A stretch of DNA of 64,000 nucleotides, taken from the sequence record ON286975, one strand, 5' to 3'. Under the pieces are notes generated by a model. That model made no database searches, was not told the origin of the DNA, and saw nothing but the letters and a program-made list of their open reading frames with translations. Made by a program: the position numbers and the translations under genes. Of this stretch, positions 28,774 to 37,877 are shown piece after piece. Positions within the stretch are counted from its first letter, which is position 1. Each line of letters begins with the position of its first letter. This stretch comes from Escherichia phage I29.

Positions 28774-31700
28774 TTAGTCGTGAGACTCGTTCCAAGGTCC
28801 CTGGAAGCTTGAGTTAGAACGACTAACGATCACAGTGGGACAGGAGATTGTGACACCTGTCACGCTCGACGTTGACCACGGTGTGTAAATCTCGATAACA
28901 ATGTCTATAGTTTGTTCACCCAGACCTGTTATCCCTACCGCACACATGCCGTTGTTGTCGTTAAAATACTTCTTGCCAGCAAGGATCTGATGACCAGCTA
29001 TCCATGCATTCAGTTGGGAGCCGGCAAGAGTACCGTTCAGTTTAAAGAAGAATGTTACGTTCTTACCCTGACCTGAAACGTTATCTACGTATCTCCACCT
29101 CCAACGGCAAACCCTTTGCTGGGAGTTATATACTGGAGCACAATCTCCGTAAGTCCTGTGTGCAACAATCGCACCTTCGAACTGGTTAGCACGGATAACA
29201 GAAGCTTCTACACGACCACGGAAGGTACCTCCGGTTGCATCTATGGTGCCTCTAAAGCTACCATTATTGGCATAAACATCACCACGGAAGGTACCACTGG
29301 TGGCGTTAACTGCCCCTGTGAAGTTACCAGAACTGGCGTTGATGTTACCTTTCACCCACACATCCATAAATTGGGCGTGCCCGTTCTTGTTAATATACCA
29401 ACCGTAGTTATGGTACCCGTTGCTATCGTAGTTGTTTGACGAAATTTCTTGTGCGATCTTGGCAGAGGAGATCGTGCCATTCTCTATAAAAGCGTCTTTC
29501 AAGAACGCTTGGTTATTCTTGATTGCGAAAGCAAGGGTTGCTGTGCCGTTACCAGGGTTGTACACCGCAAAGTTGTTTGCACTAACCATAAAGTATGATT
29601 GAACTTGTCCTCCAGACCCCTCCATGCCCAGCTGGATACCTGCCACATATTTATTACCATGGCTGTCAACCTGAATCTTAGCCCCCCACTGAGCATCTAT
29701 TTTACCCTCAAGTGTTGTTACAGCTTTAGAGGTATTAGATACTGTAGCCCTAAGCTCATCAATATTACCCATTTCGTCAACAATTTCTTGTTTTGCAGAG
29801 GTAAGTTCTTGACGGATCGCTGTGGCTGTATTATTAACAAGATCAACTGTTGTACTATTAGTTTCTTGAATAGATGCTTGCAGATTGGCAACCTCTTTCT
29901 GCACATCATCTTCCAGCTTGGTGATCTTCCCTGTAGCTGCCACCAGATCCTGCTTAATAGCTTCCGTTGTCTTATTTAGCAGGTCGGTTGTTGCCTTGTT
30001 GGTTTCTTGAATAGAGGAGTTAAGTTTGCTCTCAGTGTTCTTCAACTCTTCCCGCAGAGTACCTTGAGTTGCAGTTATTTGCTCACTCAATGCTTGAGTT
30101 TTACGATTAACAAGATCAACGGTTGATCTATTTGTTGTCTCGATTAGTGACCCAAGCCTACCAGACTCTGCTGCAAGTTTATCGTCAAAGGATTGCTGAG
30201 CTGCTACCAGCTTACTGTTAAGGGCAGAAATTTCTCCATTAACCCCTGTAAATTTTTCTGTCGTCTCTCTGACAACACCCTCTATTGTATCTCCAAGCTC
30301 TTCAAAAATGCTAGTAACACGGTCATTGACTGCACCAACATTTTTATCCATTTCCTTGACTGCATTATCGAGATTGGCGGTAAGCTCTTTATAAGTCTCT
30401 GTCTTTTTGAACTCAGCATCAATCTGCGGCATAAGATCTTCTATGGATGTGTAACAGTGGGCTGCACACTCCACAAAAGCAGATGAACCAAAAGCATTTG
30501 TTGTCCTGATATACCAATAATAAATCTTATCGTTCTGCAGACCTTCAGATGTCCAAGTTGAACCAACACCCATACGAGTGGCTTTTGAAGTAACGGTTGC
30601 ATCACTGGTATCTGGCAATCTTGTCATCCCAGATGTCCAAAAGTCATATTGGGTGCTTACACTGGCCAAGGCTCTGCTATGCGGGATCAGGGTAATAGCA
30701 AAGTATCCCTGTTTAACTTCTACAGAAACCGGAGCCTCAGGTGCCTGAATGTTAAACTCACAGTATGCTTCTGGAGATACACCACCTTTATAAGATGTTG
30801 CAACAACAGTGGCTGTGTAGGAACCTTTAGTCAGACCTTCAACACGGACAAACTGCTCAACTGTCTGCGCTGTCCAGACAATCTCTCCGTTTTTCCTGAC
30901 CTGCACAATGTTTTGAGCATAAGTCCCAACGTTGTCCCAAGCCAAAACACCGTGAGTTACTTCTCCAGCTTGGAGAACGGAATATCTGAAGTTTTGCGGT
31001 TGAGCTACACCAGATGGAGATATCGGAATATCTACATCGCCAGAATCCGGAAGTTGCCCTGTGGCATCATTCCACTCTTTAGCATCTTGACGAAGTTTTA
31101 CCTTGACACCACCCTTTTTGGTAAACTCCCATTCAAGAACTCTCATTTCTTGGCCTACTATACCAATACTTGGGAGGTCCATTGTAACGTAACGACCAGG
31201 TTTAAATTTGAAACCTCGCATATTGCAGGTGACTTCAATAATCCTGCCAGCTCTGGCACGTCTTAGGAAGATTGCAGAAACACGTTGAGCTTGATAAGGA
31301 CTGGTAACAAAGCGATAGTCTATATCGATTATCTTTCTTTCTCCATCCTTCCCTATCCACTCTGGGACAAACACTGATGGAAAATCTGTTTCAGAATACC
31401 CTTTGGTCGGACTAGTGAATCTGCCAGTTATTGTGTTGGATCTTTTGTCAAATGAGGCTTCCGGATAGATCTTGACCTCACCACAGACACAATCCTCACT
31501 CAGCGTCATTGTTGCCGGGCCATAGTATGCACCAACCAGCAAACCATACTTACCAGCTACATAGCTGAGATCTGCGCCACAAGCTTTCAGCATCTCTGCC
31601 ATAATGCTTGCCGGAGCCTCGTCCATGTCAAACTCGCCATTAATGGTGTATCGGCGCTCACTGGTTCCGTCTGCGTTTTTTACCGCCTCGTCGCATATGT

Positions 31701-32373
31701 TAGCAGCCTCCTTGAAGGACTCCCAGTTGATGGTTTCGTCAGGACATTTAAGGTACGTTCTTAAATAGTCTAGAATCACCAAGGCCGCGTTATTGGTATA
31801 CACCTCTTTACTGATGCGAGGATCATAGCATTTTTTACCAACCTTAACGAGTGTAACGTTTGGCAACCCAAAAGGAAACTTGTTAGGGTCAAACCTGAAG
31901 CTGGCACGTAGCCAACTGATCCCTCTACCTATCATGTCAGGTGACCATGATGGGCAGTGTGTACCCATGAAAGGATCAGATGTTTTTCTGTCGTTATGTA
32001 GCTCCCACGATACCAGATCTCCATACGAGGAAATAGGATTACCGTCGATGAGTATGTCCTCTATACCTTCCAGAGGATGATTAGCAAGAACAATGGCACA
32101 ATGGAGGGTTCTGTCTCTGTCCTGCTCCAAAAACGCAAGCAGTCCAGACGTGCGTGTCTTCCCATACACTACAGAGCAGGGTGCAGCAGAAGATCTGAGA
32201 AGCTTTTGTCTATCTTGCTGACTTCTGTAAGATTTGTTGCCCTCAAAAATCTTATCCAGAGTTCTGGTGGTAACAGTGTTCAGGCTGTCAGCCAGAGCTG
32301 CCTTGGATGCGTTCCAGTCATAACTTGAAGATCTTGCAGAAGCAACGATGTTATCAATCATTGCAATTGGCAT
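28774..32373 (-). CDS. host-specificity J-like central tail fibre protein, 1199 aa
   Basis: Large ORF preceded by three small tail-tip assembly-type genes; N-terminal region resembles lambda J-type proteins; central coiled-coil-like segment. Confidence 0.5.
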   Translation of the reverse strand: MPIAMIDNIVASARSSSYDWNASKAALADSLNTVTTRTLDKIFEGNKSYRSQQDRQKLLRSSAAPCSVVYGKTRTSGLLAFLEQDRDRTLHCAIVLANHPLEGIEDILIDGNPISSYGDLVSWELHNDRKTSDPFMGTHCPSWSPDMIGRGISWLRASFRFDPNKFPFGLPNVTLVKVGKKCYDPRISKEVYTNNAALVILDYLRTYLKCPDETINWESFKEAANICDEAVKNADGTSERRYTINGEFDMDEAPASIMAEMLKACGADLSYVAGKYGLLVGAYYGPATMTLSEDCVCGEVKIYPEASFDKRSNTITGRFTSPTKGYSETDFPSVFVPEWIGKDGERKIIDIDYRFVTSPYQAQRVSAIFLRRARAGRIIEVTCNMRGFKFKPGRYVTMDLPSIGIVGQEMRVLEWEFTKKGGVKVKLRQDAKEWNDATGQLPDSGDVDIPISPSGVAQPQNFRYSVLQAGEVTHGVLAWDNVGTYAQNIVQVRKNGEIVWTAQTVEQFVRVEGLTKGSYTATVVATSYKGGVSPEAYCEFNIQAPEAPVSVEVKQGYFAITLIPHSRALASVSTQYDFWTSGMTRLPDTSDATVTSKATRMGVGSTWTSEGLQNDKIYYWYIRTTNAFGSSAFVECAAHCYTSIEDLMPQIDAEFKKTETYKELTANLDNAVKEMDKNVGAVNDRVTSIFEELGDTIEGVVRETTEKFTGVNGEISALNSKLVAAQQSFDDKLAAESGRLGSLIETTNRSTVDLVNRKTQALSEQITATQGTLREELKNTESKLNSSIQETNKATTDLLNKTTEAIKQDLVAATGKITKLEDDVQKEVANLQASIQETNSTTVDLVNNTATAIRQELTSAKQEIVDEMGNIDELRATVSNTSKAVTTLEGKIDAQWGAKIQVDSHGNKYVAGIQLGMEGSGGQVQSYFMVSANNFAVYNPGNGTATLAFAIKNNQAFLKDAFIENGTISSAKIAQEISSNNYDSNGYHNYGWYINKNGHAQFMDVWVKGNINASSGNFTGAVNATSGTFRGDVYANNGSFRGTIDATGGTFRGRVEASVIRANQFEGAIVAHRTYGDCAPVYNSQQRVCRWRWRYVDNVSGQGKNVTFFFKLNGTLAGSQLNAWIAGHQILAGKKYFNDNNGMCAVGITGLGEQTIDIVIEIYTPWSTSSVTGVTISCPTVIVSRSNSSFQGPWNESHD

Positions 32374-32810
32374 TAATACCTCCAGACATCAACAACGATA
32401 GAATCTTTCATGTCGAACATAAAGACCCCTTTATCACCTTTCGCCCAAATCTGGTTGTTCCAGAACACACCAGCGGTGAGCCCGTTCAGACCTTCGAAGA
32501 TAACAATATCGCCACGCTGAACCTGTTTAGGAGTATCTAGTCGAGTCATAAAGAGATCAAAAATAGTAGGCAGGTGTGTGGTTTTGAAACGGAGCATGCA
32601 CCATCTTTTGCTTTCCAACTCTGTTTTATACGTTCCTTCGAAGTTAGAAAGAAAATCTGTTCCGTATTGGGCATCAACACACTTAGCTGCAAAGGTGCAG
32701 CAATCGTGGAATCCCCATTCAAAAGGTATGGTGGCCTCTTCGTCAAACACTCTCCACAATCTTTCTTGCCAATCCACTAAACGAGGGTGTGTGCTCATTA
32801 AACCTCCCAA
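32373..32810 (-). CDS. tail-tip assembly protein, 145 aa (possible NlpC/P60-like)
   Basis: Position immediately upstream of J-like gene; FHDCC motif; assignment by synteny with lambda/GTA-type tail tip modules. Confidence 0.35.
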   Translation of the reverse strand: MGGLMSTHPRLVDWQERLWRVFDEEATIPFEWGFHDCCTFAAKCVDAQYGTDFLSNFEGTYKTELESKRWCMLRFKTTHLPTIFDLFMTRLDTPKQVQRGDIVIFEGLNGLTAGVFWNNQIWAKGDKGVFMFDMKDSIVVDVWRY

Positions 32811-33364
32811 ATGATCGGGCGGCTCGCCACCTGATCCACATATTTAAAAAATCTGTCATTATCGTTTCTTGAGCTGTGGCTTTCCTCCGTGTACCGATAA
32901 GGAAAACCTCTTAACCAGCTGTTGAAGATGGAAGAGATGGATATGGACAAAGCACTATTCTCACCTGTCTGAATAGCCATATCTGTTATAAGTCCGTCAA
33001 ACAAGCCATTAGTTGTAACAGGTAGACCATTCTCCATAGCGGTAATGTACAACGTGGCACGACAACCAGAATACTCCGTCTTCAGCAGATCACCCACATA
33101 CTTGGGATCAAACCCGTTTAATGTTGCTACCACAGATCCGAAGTTGGTGGCATCTTTCTCAGACACAGCAGTTAATGTTGCTGATCCACCTATCCCTATA
33201 AAATGTTGCCCCTCAATTACTACAACACCAGTGCCTGAGCACACTCTGACAGTTCCTGTCGGTAGCTCCAGCTTTGCAGCAATTAAGATCTCAACACCAT
33301 CAAGCTCCAGCTTTTCAAGAAATAAATTATCTAATGGCGCTCTGATCATCTTAAAAATCCTCAA
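32798..33364 (-). CDS. tail-tip assembly protein, 188 aa
   Basis: Second of three small genes upstream of the J-like gene. Confidence 0.35.
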   Translation of the reverse strand: MRIFKMIRAPLDNLFLEKLELDGVEILIAAKLELPTGTVRVCSGTGVVVIEGQHFIGIGGSATLTAVSEKDATNFGSVVATLNGFDPKYVGDLLKTEYSGCRATLYITAMENGLPVTTNGLFDGLITDMAIQTGENSALSISISSIFNSWLRGFPYRYTEESHSSRNDNDRFFKYVDQVASRPIIWEV

Positions 33365-33941
33365 AGAAGTTGATAACTATATTATCACCTTTTTGCATAG
33401 CATCGACTTTTTGCTTAATTTTATAAATATCTCTGATATGAAACCTACCCTTCGGAGATTGAGTTATTATCTTCATGGTGTCCCCTGCGGCAATAGGTTT
33501 TCTAAGTCTTGGAGATATGCCTATAACAGCAGACCCAACACCATCACTACGCACTGGAGCTGTTACCACTTTCAACTCATCGTTCACAGATATTTTATCA
33601 CCAGCTCTGGCTATGTCTCTGTTTGGCTCCCACCCGACCGTCTTCAAAAAATCGTCGTTACCAGTAGGCCCAAGGGCGATTGGCTCGTTAGCTGTTACAG
33701 AGTGACCGTAAGTTTTAATAAGAAAGATGTTCCCATCTTTATACACCTGATCAACAAAGCTCTTAAGCTCTAGCAACTGTGACTCGCTGATATTGGAGAC
33801 CGTCAAAGTGCCTTTCCAGTTAGGTGTGGCATAGGTTACTTTTTGCGTTTTACCTGTAAACGGACTTTTAAACGTAACAATATCTGCCAGCAGCTCCAAT
33901 CTAATATCTGGAAGGTATCTAGGCCTTTCCCATAAAAACAT
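33351..33941 (-). CDS. tail-tip assembly protein, 196 aa
   Basis: First of three small genes upstream of the J-like gene. Confidence 0.35.
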   Translation of the reverse strand: MFLWERPRYLPDIRLELLADIVTFKSPFTGKTQKVTYATPNWKGTLTVSNISESQLLELKSFVDQVYKDGNIFLIKTYGHSVTANEPIALGPTGNDDFLKTVGWEPNRDIARAGDKISVNDELKVVTAPVRSDGVGSAVIGISPRLRKPIAAGDTMKIITQSPKGRFHIRDIYKIKQKVDAMQKGDNIVINFFEDF

Positions 33942-34000
33942 TGTGCCTCCAGGTTAAACAATCATGATAGTTATTTTACCAGATTTTGAGTTAATACGCA

Positions 34001-34033
34001 ATACAAACAAAAAGCCCCCGCCGAAGCGAGGGC
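34001..34033 (-). terminator. intrinsic terminator, UUCG-tetraloop hairpin
   Basis: Minus-strand GCCCUCGC-UUCG-GCGGGGGC (34014-34033, one G-U pair) followed by UUUUUGUUUG, after stop of the 1266-aa fibre gene. Confidence 0.65.
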
Positions 34034-34040
34034 AAAACAG

Positions 34041-37000
34041 TTACTTCAGTTTCTCTTGCAACCCAGTAACAACCTCTGTCAATTTTTTAACCTGCTCCTC
34101 AAGGGCGGTTATTTTATCGTCCTGTTCCCTGCAAACCTGGACAAGCAAGCCTGTTACAGCTGCATAGTCAACGTTATAGAATCTTTCCTCAGTCATCAGA
34201 GGGGTGCCGTCTTGAGTAGGCCCTGGAACCTCTTTCCTTTGCACGAAAGACCCAACCGCTTCTGGTAATGCTTCCATAACTTCTTGAGCAATTACCCCTG
34301 CGTAAGGCATACCATTCTCTTTTAAAGTATAGGTATAGCCTTTCATCTTCCGGATAGCTTCTACAGCGTTAGGTATGACCTCGATATTATCCTTCAGGTC
34401 ACGGTCAGAACTTTGACTAACAGTGGTGCATTCTACTGCACCATTGACAGCAAAATATCTTGATTTGGCCTCATCTGTCTTGGCCCCGCAATGGAATACC
34501 CAGTTGGAGAGTGTTGAGTTATCACTTATCTGGAACTCAAGCACATTCTTCCGGTCTGCACCATTGCCCCAATAATATAACCTACCTGTATTAGCAGGTA
34601 TGTTGGAACTGTTGCCAACAGTAGCTCCGCCGCCAGTGTGGATTATAAACTCTGGGTCAAGATTCGAACCTTGAGTTTTCAAAGTGATCCCTTTGCCACC
34701 AAGCTGCTGCCAAGGTCCCCATGTGAAAACACTACCTATTGTTGTTCCATAACGCAGGAATTTTTCCCCAAGATATGATACATATTCCTGCACACAGCTC
34801 TCAGGCACGTTGGCGTAATTCCTGTACACAATAAGTGTACCTGCCTGAGCACAAGGGTAGTTTCTCTCCGGAGTGGCCTGAGCATTGGCCTCTTGGTGAT
34901 AAAAACCCTCTCTATCCCCTTTGTAGTCGTTAAGGTCATTAGTTCCCAACCCTTGACCACGGTGCTGAATAACTTTGTTCCACGCTCTGTGGTTTCCCTG
35001 CTCTATGGAACGAGTGTACAGCTGGTCTAAACGACCTGCCATCTGGAAAGCGTAGTTTCCAGAAAAACCAACCGACAACCCTGCTACAACCATGGAACCT
35101 TCAGGTCCGTTGACGTTACCAGCCATTATTTTAGAAGGGTTGTTATTTCCGAACTGGTTGTTCCAGTCTGCACCTGTGTGGCATACAAAACCACCAGGAG
35201 CTGAGAAAGTGCCATCTTTGTTGAAGTTGTAGAATTTGTGAGCAGAACCTACAACATCACGAACAATAACTTGACCAGCCTCTGGAGTAGATCTGAACTC
35301 TGCCTGTCCTTTGAGACCAGCACCATTACCGCATTTAGAGGTAAACGTACCGTTAGTCAGATCCTCTGTCCCATCTGATGCACACTGGAAGCCTGCATTA
35401 GAGAATAACGCCTTTCTAGGACTGCCGTAGCACAAATAGTTAAGACCGTCTGCCCATAGCTCGACTTTTGGCATATTCATTTTGCTCATCACAGCATAGC
35501 GTTCAGCAGTGCCTATATAGTGCCACTGTGTGCCGCCACCAGTGTAGAACCCTGAAGTCCCTTTGAAGTCAACAATAGGTCTGGTGTTGGTATTATTATC
35601 TCCAAGAACAGCAAGATTCAAATCTGCTGACTGGAGAGGTGCAACGAACTTAACACCGTCCTGATTGTCTGTTACAGAGCCAACCTGGTAATCTTGCTCC
35701 CTGGTAAACACCTCGACAACATTTCTACTTGCGTATATGCTGACAGGGAAAGCACGCGCCTCTGCATAGAAAGCAACATATTCTTGTTTACCCCTTGTTG
35801 GAGCAACCATCCCAAGAAGTGCTTTTTCATTCTGGTAGAAATTTACTACCCCGTAGAAAGAGTCTCCTCTGTCTGTCCAACCACCAGTTCTATAGTGACA
35901 CTGTAAGGTCGCACAGTTCATAGGGTCATTTCCAGATGAAGACCTGGTGACTATAGTAATATCTGTACCTGTCGAAGGGGCGTAATACGGATCTGTTCTA
36001 ACGATGATTGGGTAGTATTTCCCATCTTCCATCCCTGCGGTTCTTGGCAGTGTTAAGAAGTCTTTTACACCTGCTGCTATAGGAACTTTGAACAGATTCT
36101 GAGCATCTGCTAAAGTTGTAGCCCCAGTGCCACCTGCGGCTTGAGGTAGAGGTTCCCACTTGGCCTTCCGGTTGTTATAAACACCCCATTCAAGCGTTCC
36201 TTCACCTTGCTCGTCCATACCGCCATCCCAGACAACCATCTTGGCGGCTTTCTTGGACCCCCAGAAGCCTCTTTCTGCCCCTGAACTACGGATCCACTCT
36301 CCAAGTCCCCAGTTTGCCAGCTGACCGTTCAGATCACCAACCTGCATATATTTAGGACAATCTAAGACCCCATCCTCACGGAAGCCTAAATAGCTATGAG
36401 TTTCAGATCCTTTTGCGCCTTTGTGCAGGTGGATTGTCAACCAAGCCTTATTGTCGTTTCTTACCTCAGAGTAGATCCTATACCCATGCTCAAGGACACC
36501 GTCAGCGCCGTATTTATCCCCATGGAGAATACCTGATGGAGACTTAACCTCAGAAGTGCTTTGAGATAGGTAAAGGTGCCCGAAGGTAGGGGTATTTCTA
36601 GACCCGAGACCGATGTGCGATCTAAAGGTATCATCGTTACGAGGTCTGACCATCGGCTGCCATGCAGTCCACTGATTTGTGTTGGCCTGATAGGTTCTCA
36701 AATACCAAACATCTACGTTAGAGAATGGATAGTATTCCTGACGACAACCTGTACCGCCGTTAGCATTGTTCTGCCAGACAATCAAGTGACCAGCACCAGA
36801 ACCTGCAGGGTAACCATTTGCCTCAGTTGCATAAGCAGTCATCGGCTGGTAGTATACACCATCCTGATTACCAGTCAAGTTATTGATATTGAAATTTGGC
36901 TCAAGGGCTGCACGTTGCTTATAGAAAGCACCGATATTGATACGGACTCCAGCGGCATCTCTAGCCCCTGTGCCGCCTTGCTCTATAGCAAGAGGTTGCC

Positions 37001-37841
37001 ACGAAGCTGTTTGTTGGTTCCACATACCCCAACGGCCTGTTGCATCAAGCTGCAAGTACCCTGCCGTATTTAAATCATCTCCAGCACGGATAACTGTTCT
37101 TGTTGGGTTGTTTGCCTCTAGGCGTTTAAATTCATCACGAAGTGCTATTCTTTTCGTTGTTGCTACACCGTTGGTTACTGCAATGGTGTACATGGCTCCG
37201 GTGGTAGCGCCACGGAAAATACCATCAACAGTTGTAGTATCACGACGAGATACCACACCGTTCAGAAATTTTTCACCAGCTGCTACAGAAGGGTAGTTGG
37301 TAGTTCTTCCCTCTTCAATAACTGCAGGGCCAACAAAGTTATCAAGGTGAATAACATCGCCTACAGTGTGCACTGTACCAAAATCTACACGCTGTGCAAG
37401 TGCTTTGGCATCGTTAGCTGTCTGAACAGTAACATCCATTACATCCTGGACAGACTGCCCTTCGGCTGTCATGATCATAGATGCGCCAATGGTAGATTCC
37501 AGCTCCTCCCTTAAGGACGGGTCAGTATATACCATCCATGCAGCATCAGTGATCCCACCATCGGAGTACGGTGAAGACAGTGCAGGAACAGTGTGCGGAA
37601 ATTCGCCTTTCCAACGTAGGTAGAGGTCTTCCTCTTCGAAGTAGGCAAAATCCATTGGGCCGTTTAACTTACCACCTTCCTTAAAGGAGATTACATGAGA
37701 AACAGTCCCATCAACATGGACAACATCGCCAATTTTTACACGACGGGTCAGGTCTGGTTGTTGAACAACCAGGTAATCATCCTCTGTCACTGCGGTAGTG
37801 GCAGGAAGAGATTCAATTCTGACAACTTTAATATCAGCCAT
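34041..37841 (-). CDS. tail fibre protein with C-terminal intramolecular chaperone (S74-type)
   Basis: C-terminus DRDLKDNIEVIPNAVEAIRKMKGYTYTLKENGMPYAGVIAQEV matches the self-cleaving chaperone domain of tail fibres/endosialidases; Gly-rich shaft. Confidence 0.75.
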   Translation of the reverse strand: MADIKVVRIESLPATTAVTEDDYLVVQQPDLTRRVKIGDVVHVDGTVSHVISFKEGGKLNGPMDFAYFEEEDLYLRWKGEFPHTVPALSSPYSDGGITDAAWMVYTDPSLREELESTIGASMIMTAEGQSVQDVMDVTVQTANDAKALAQRVDFGTVHTVGDVIHLDNFVGPAVIEEGRTTNYPSVAAGEKFLNGVVSRRDTTTVDGIFRGATTGAMYTIAVTNGVATTKRIALRDEFKRLEANNPTRTVIRAGDDLNTAGYLQLDATGRWGMWNQQTASWQPLAIEQGGTGARDAAGVRINIGAFYKQRAALEPNFNINNLTGNQDGVYYQPMTAYATEANGYPAGSGAGHLIVWQNNANGGTGCRQEYYPFSNVDVWYLRTYQANTNQWTAWQPMVRPRNDDTFRSHIGLGSRNTPTFGHLYLSQSTSEVKSPSGILHGDKYGADGVLEHGYRIYSEVRNDNKAWLTIHLHKGAKGSETHSYLGFREDGVLDCPKYMQVGDLNGQLANWGLGEWIRSSGAERGFWGSKKAAKMVVWDGGMDEQGEGTLEWGVYNNRKAKWEPLPQAAGGTGATTLADAQNLFKVPIAAGVKDFLTLPRTAGMEDGKYYPIIVRTDPYYAPSTGTDITIVTRSSSGNDPMNCATLQCHYRTGGWTDRGDSFYGVVNFYQNEKALLGMVAPTRGKQEYVAFYAEARAFPVSIYASRNVVEVFTREQDYQVGSVTDNQDGVKFVAPLQSADLNLAVLGDNNTNTRPIVDFKGTSGFYTGGGTQWHYIGTAERYAVMSKMNMPKVELWADGLNYLCYGSPRKALFSNAGFQCASDGTEDLTNGTFTSKCGNGAGLKGQAEFRSTPEAGQVIVRDVVGSAHKFYNFNKDGTFSAPGGFVCHTGADWNNQFGNNNPSKIMAGNVNGPEGSMVVAGLSVGFSGNYAFQMAGRLDQLYTRSIEQGNHRAWNKVIQHRGQGLGTNDLNDYKGDREGFYHQEANAQATPERNYPCAQAGTLIVYRNYANVPESCVQEYVSYLGEKFLRYGTTIGSVFTWGPWQQLGGKGITLKTQGSNLDPEFIIHTGGGATVGNSSNIPANTGRLYYWGNGADRKNVLEFQISDNSTLSNWVFHCGAKTDEAKSRYFAVNGAVECTTVSQSSDRDLKDNIEVIPNAVEAIRKMKGYTYTLKENGMPYAGVIAQEVMEALPEAVGSFVQRKEVPGPTQDGTPLMTEERFYNVDYAAVTGLLVQVCREQDDKITALEEQVKKLTEVVTGLQEKLK

Positions 37842-37877
37842 TCTTTCTCCTGAAAGGGGGCAAACAGCCCCCCTATG

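Noticed and set aside
30649-31266. 205-aa plus-strand ORF inside the J-like fibre gene
   Set aside because: Antisense to the 1199-aa ORF with no independent support.
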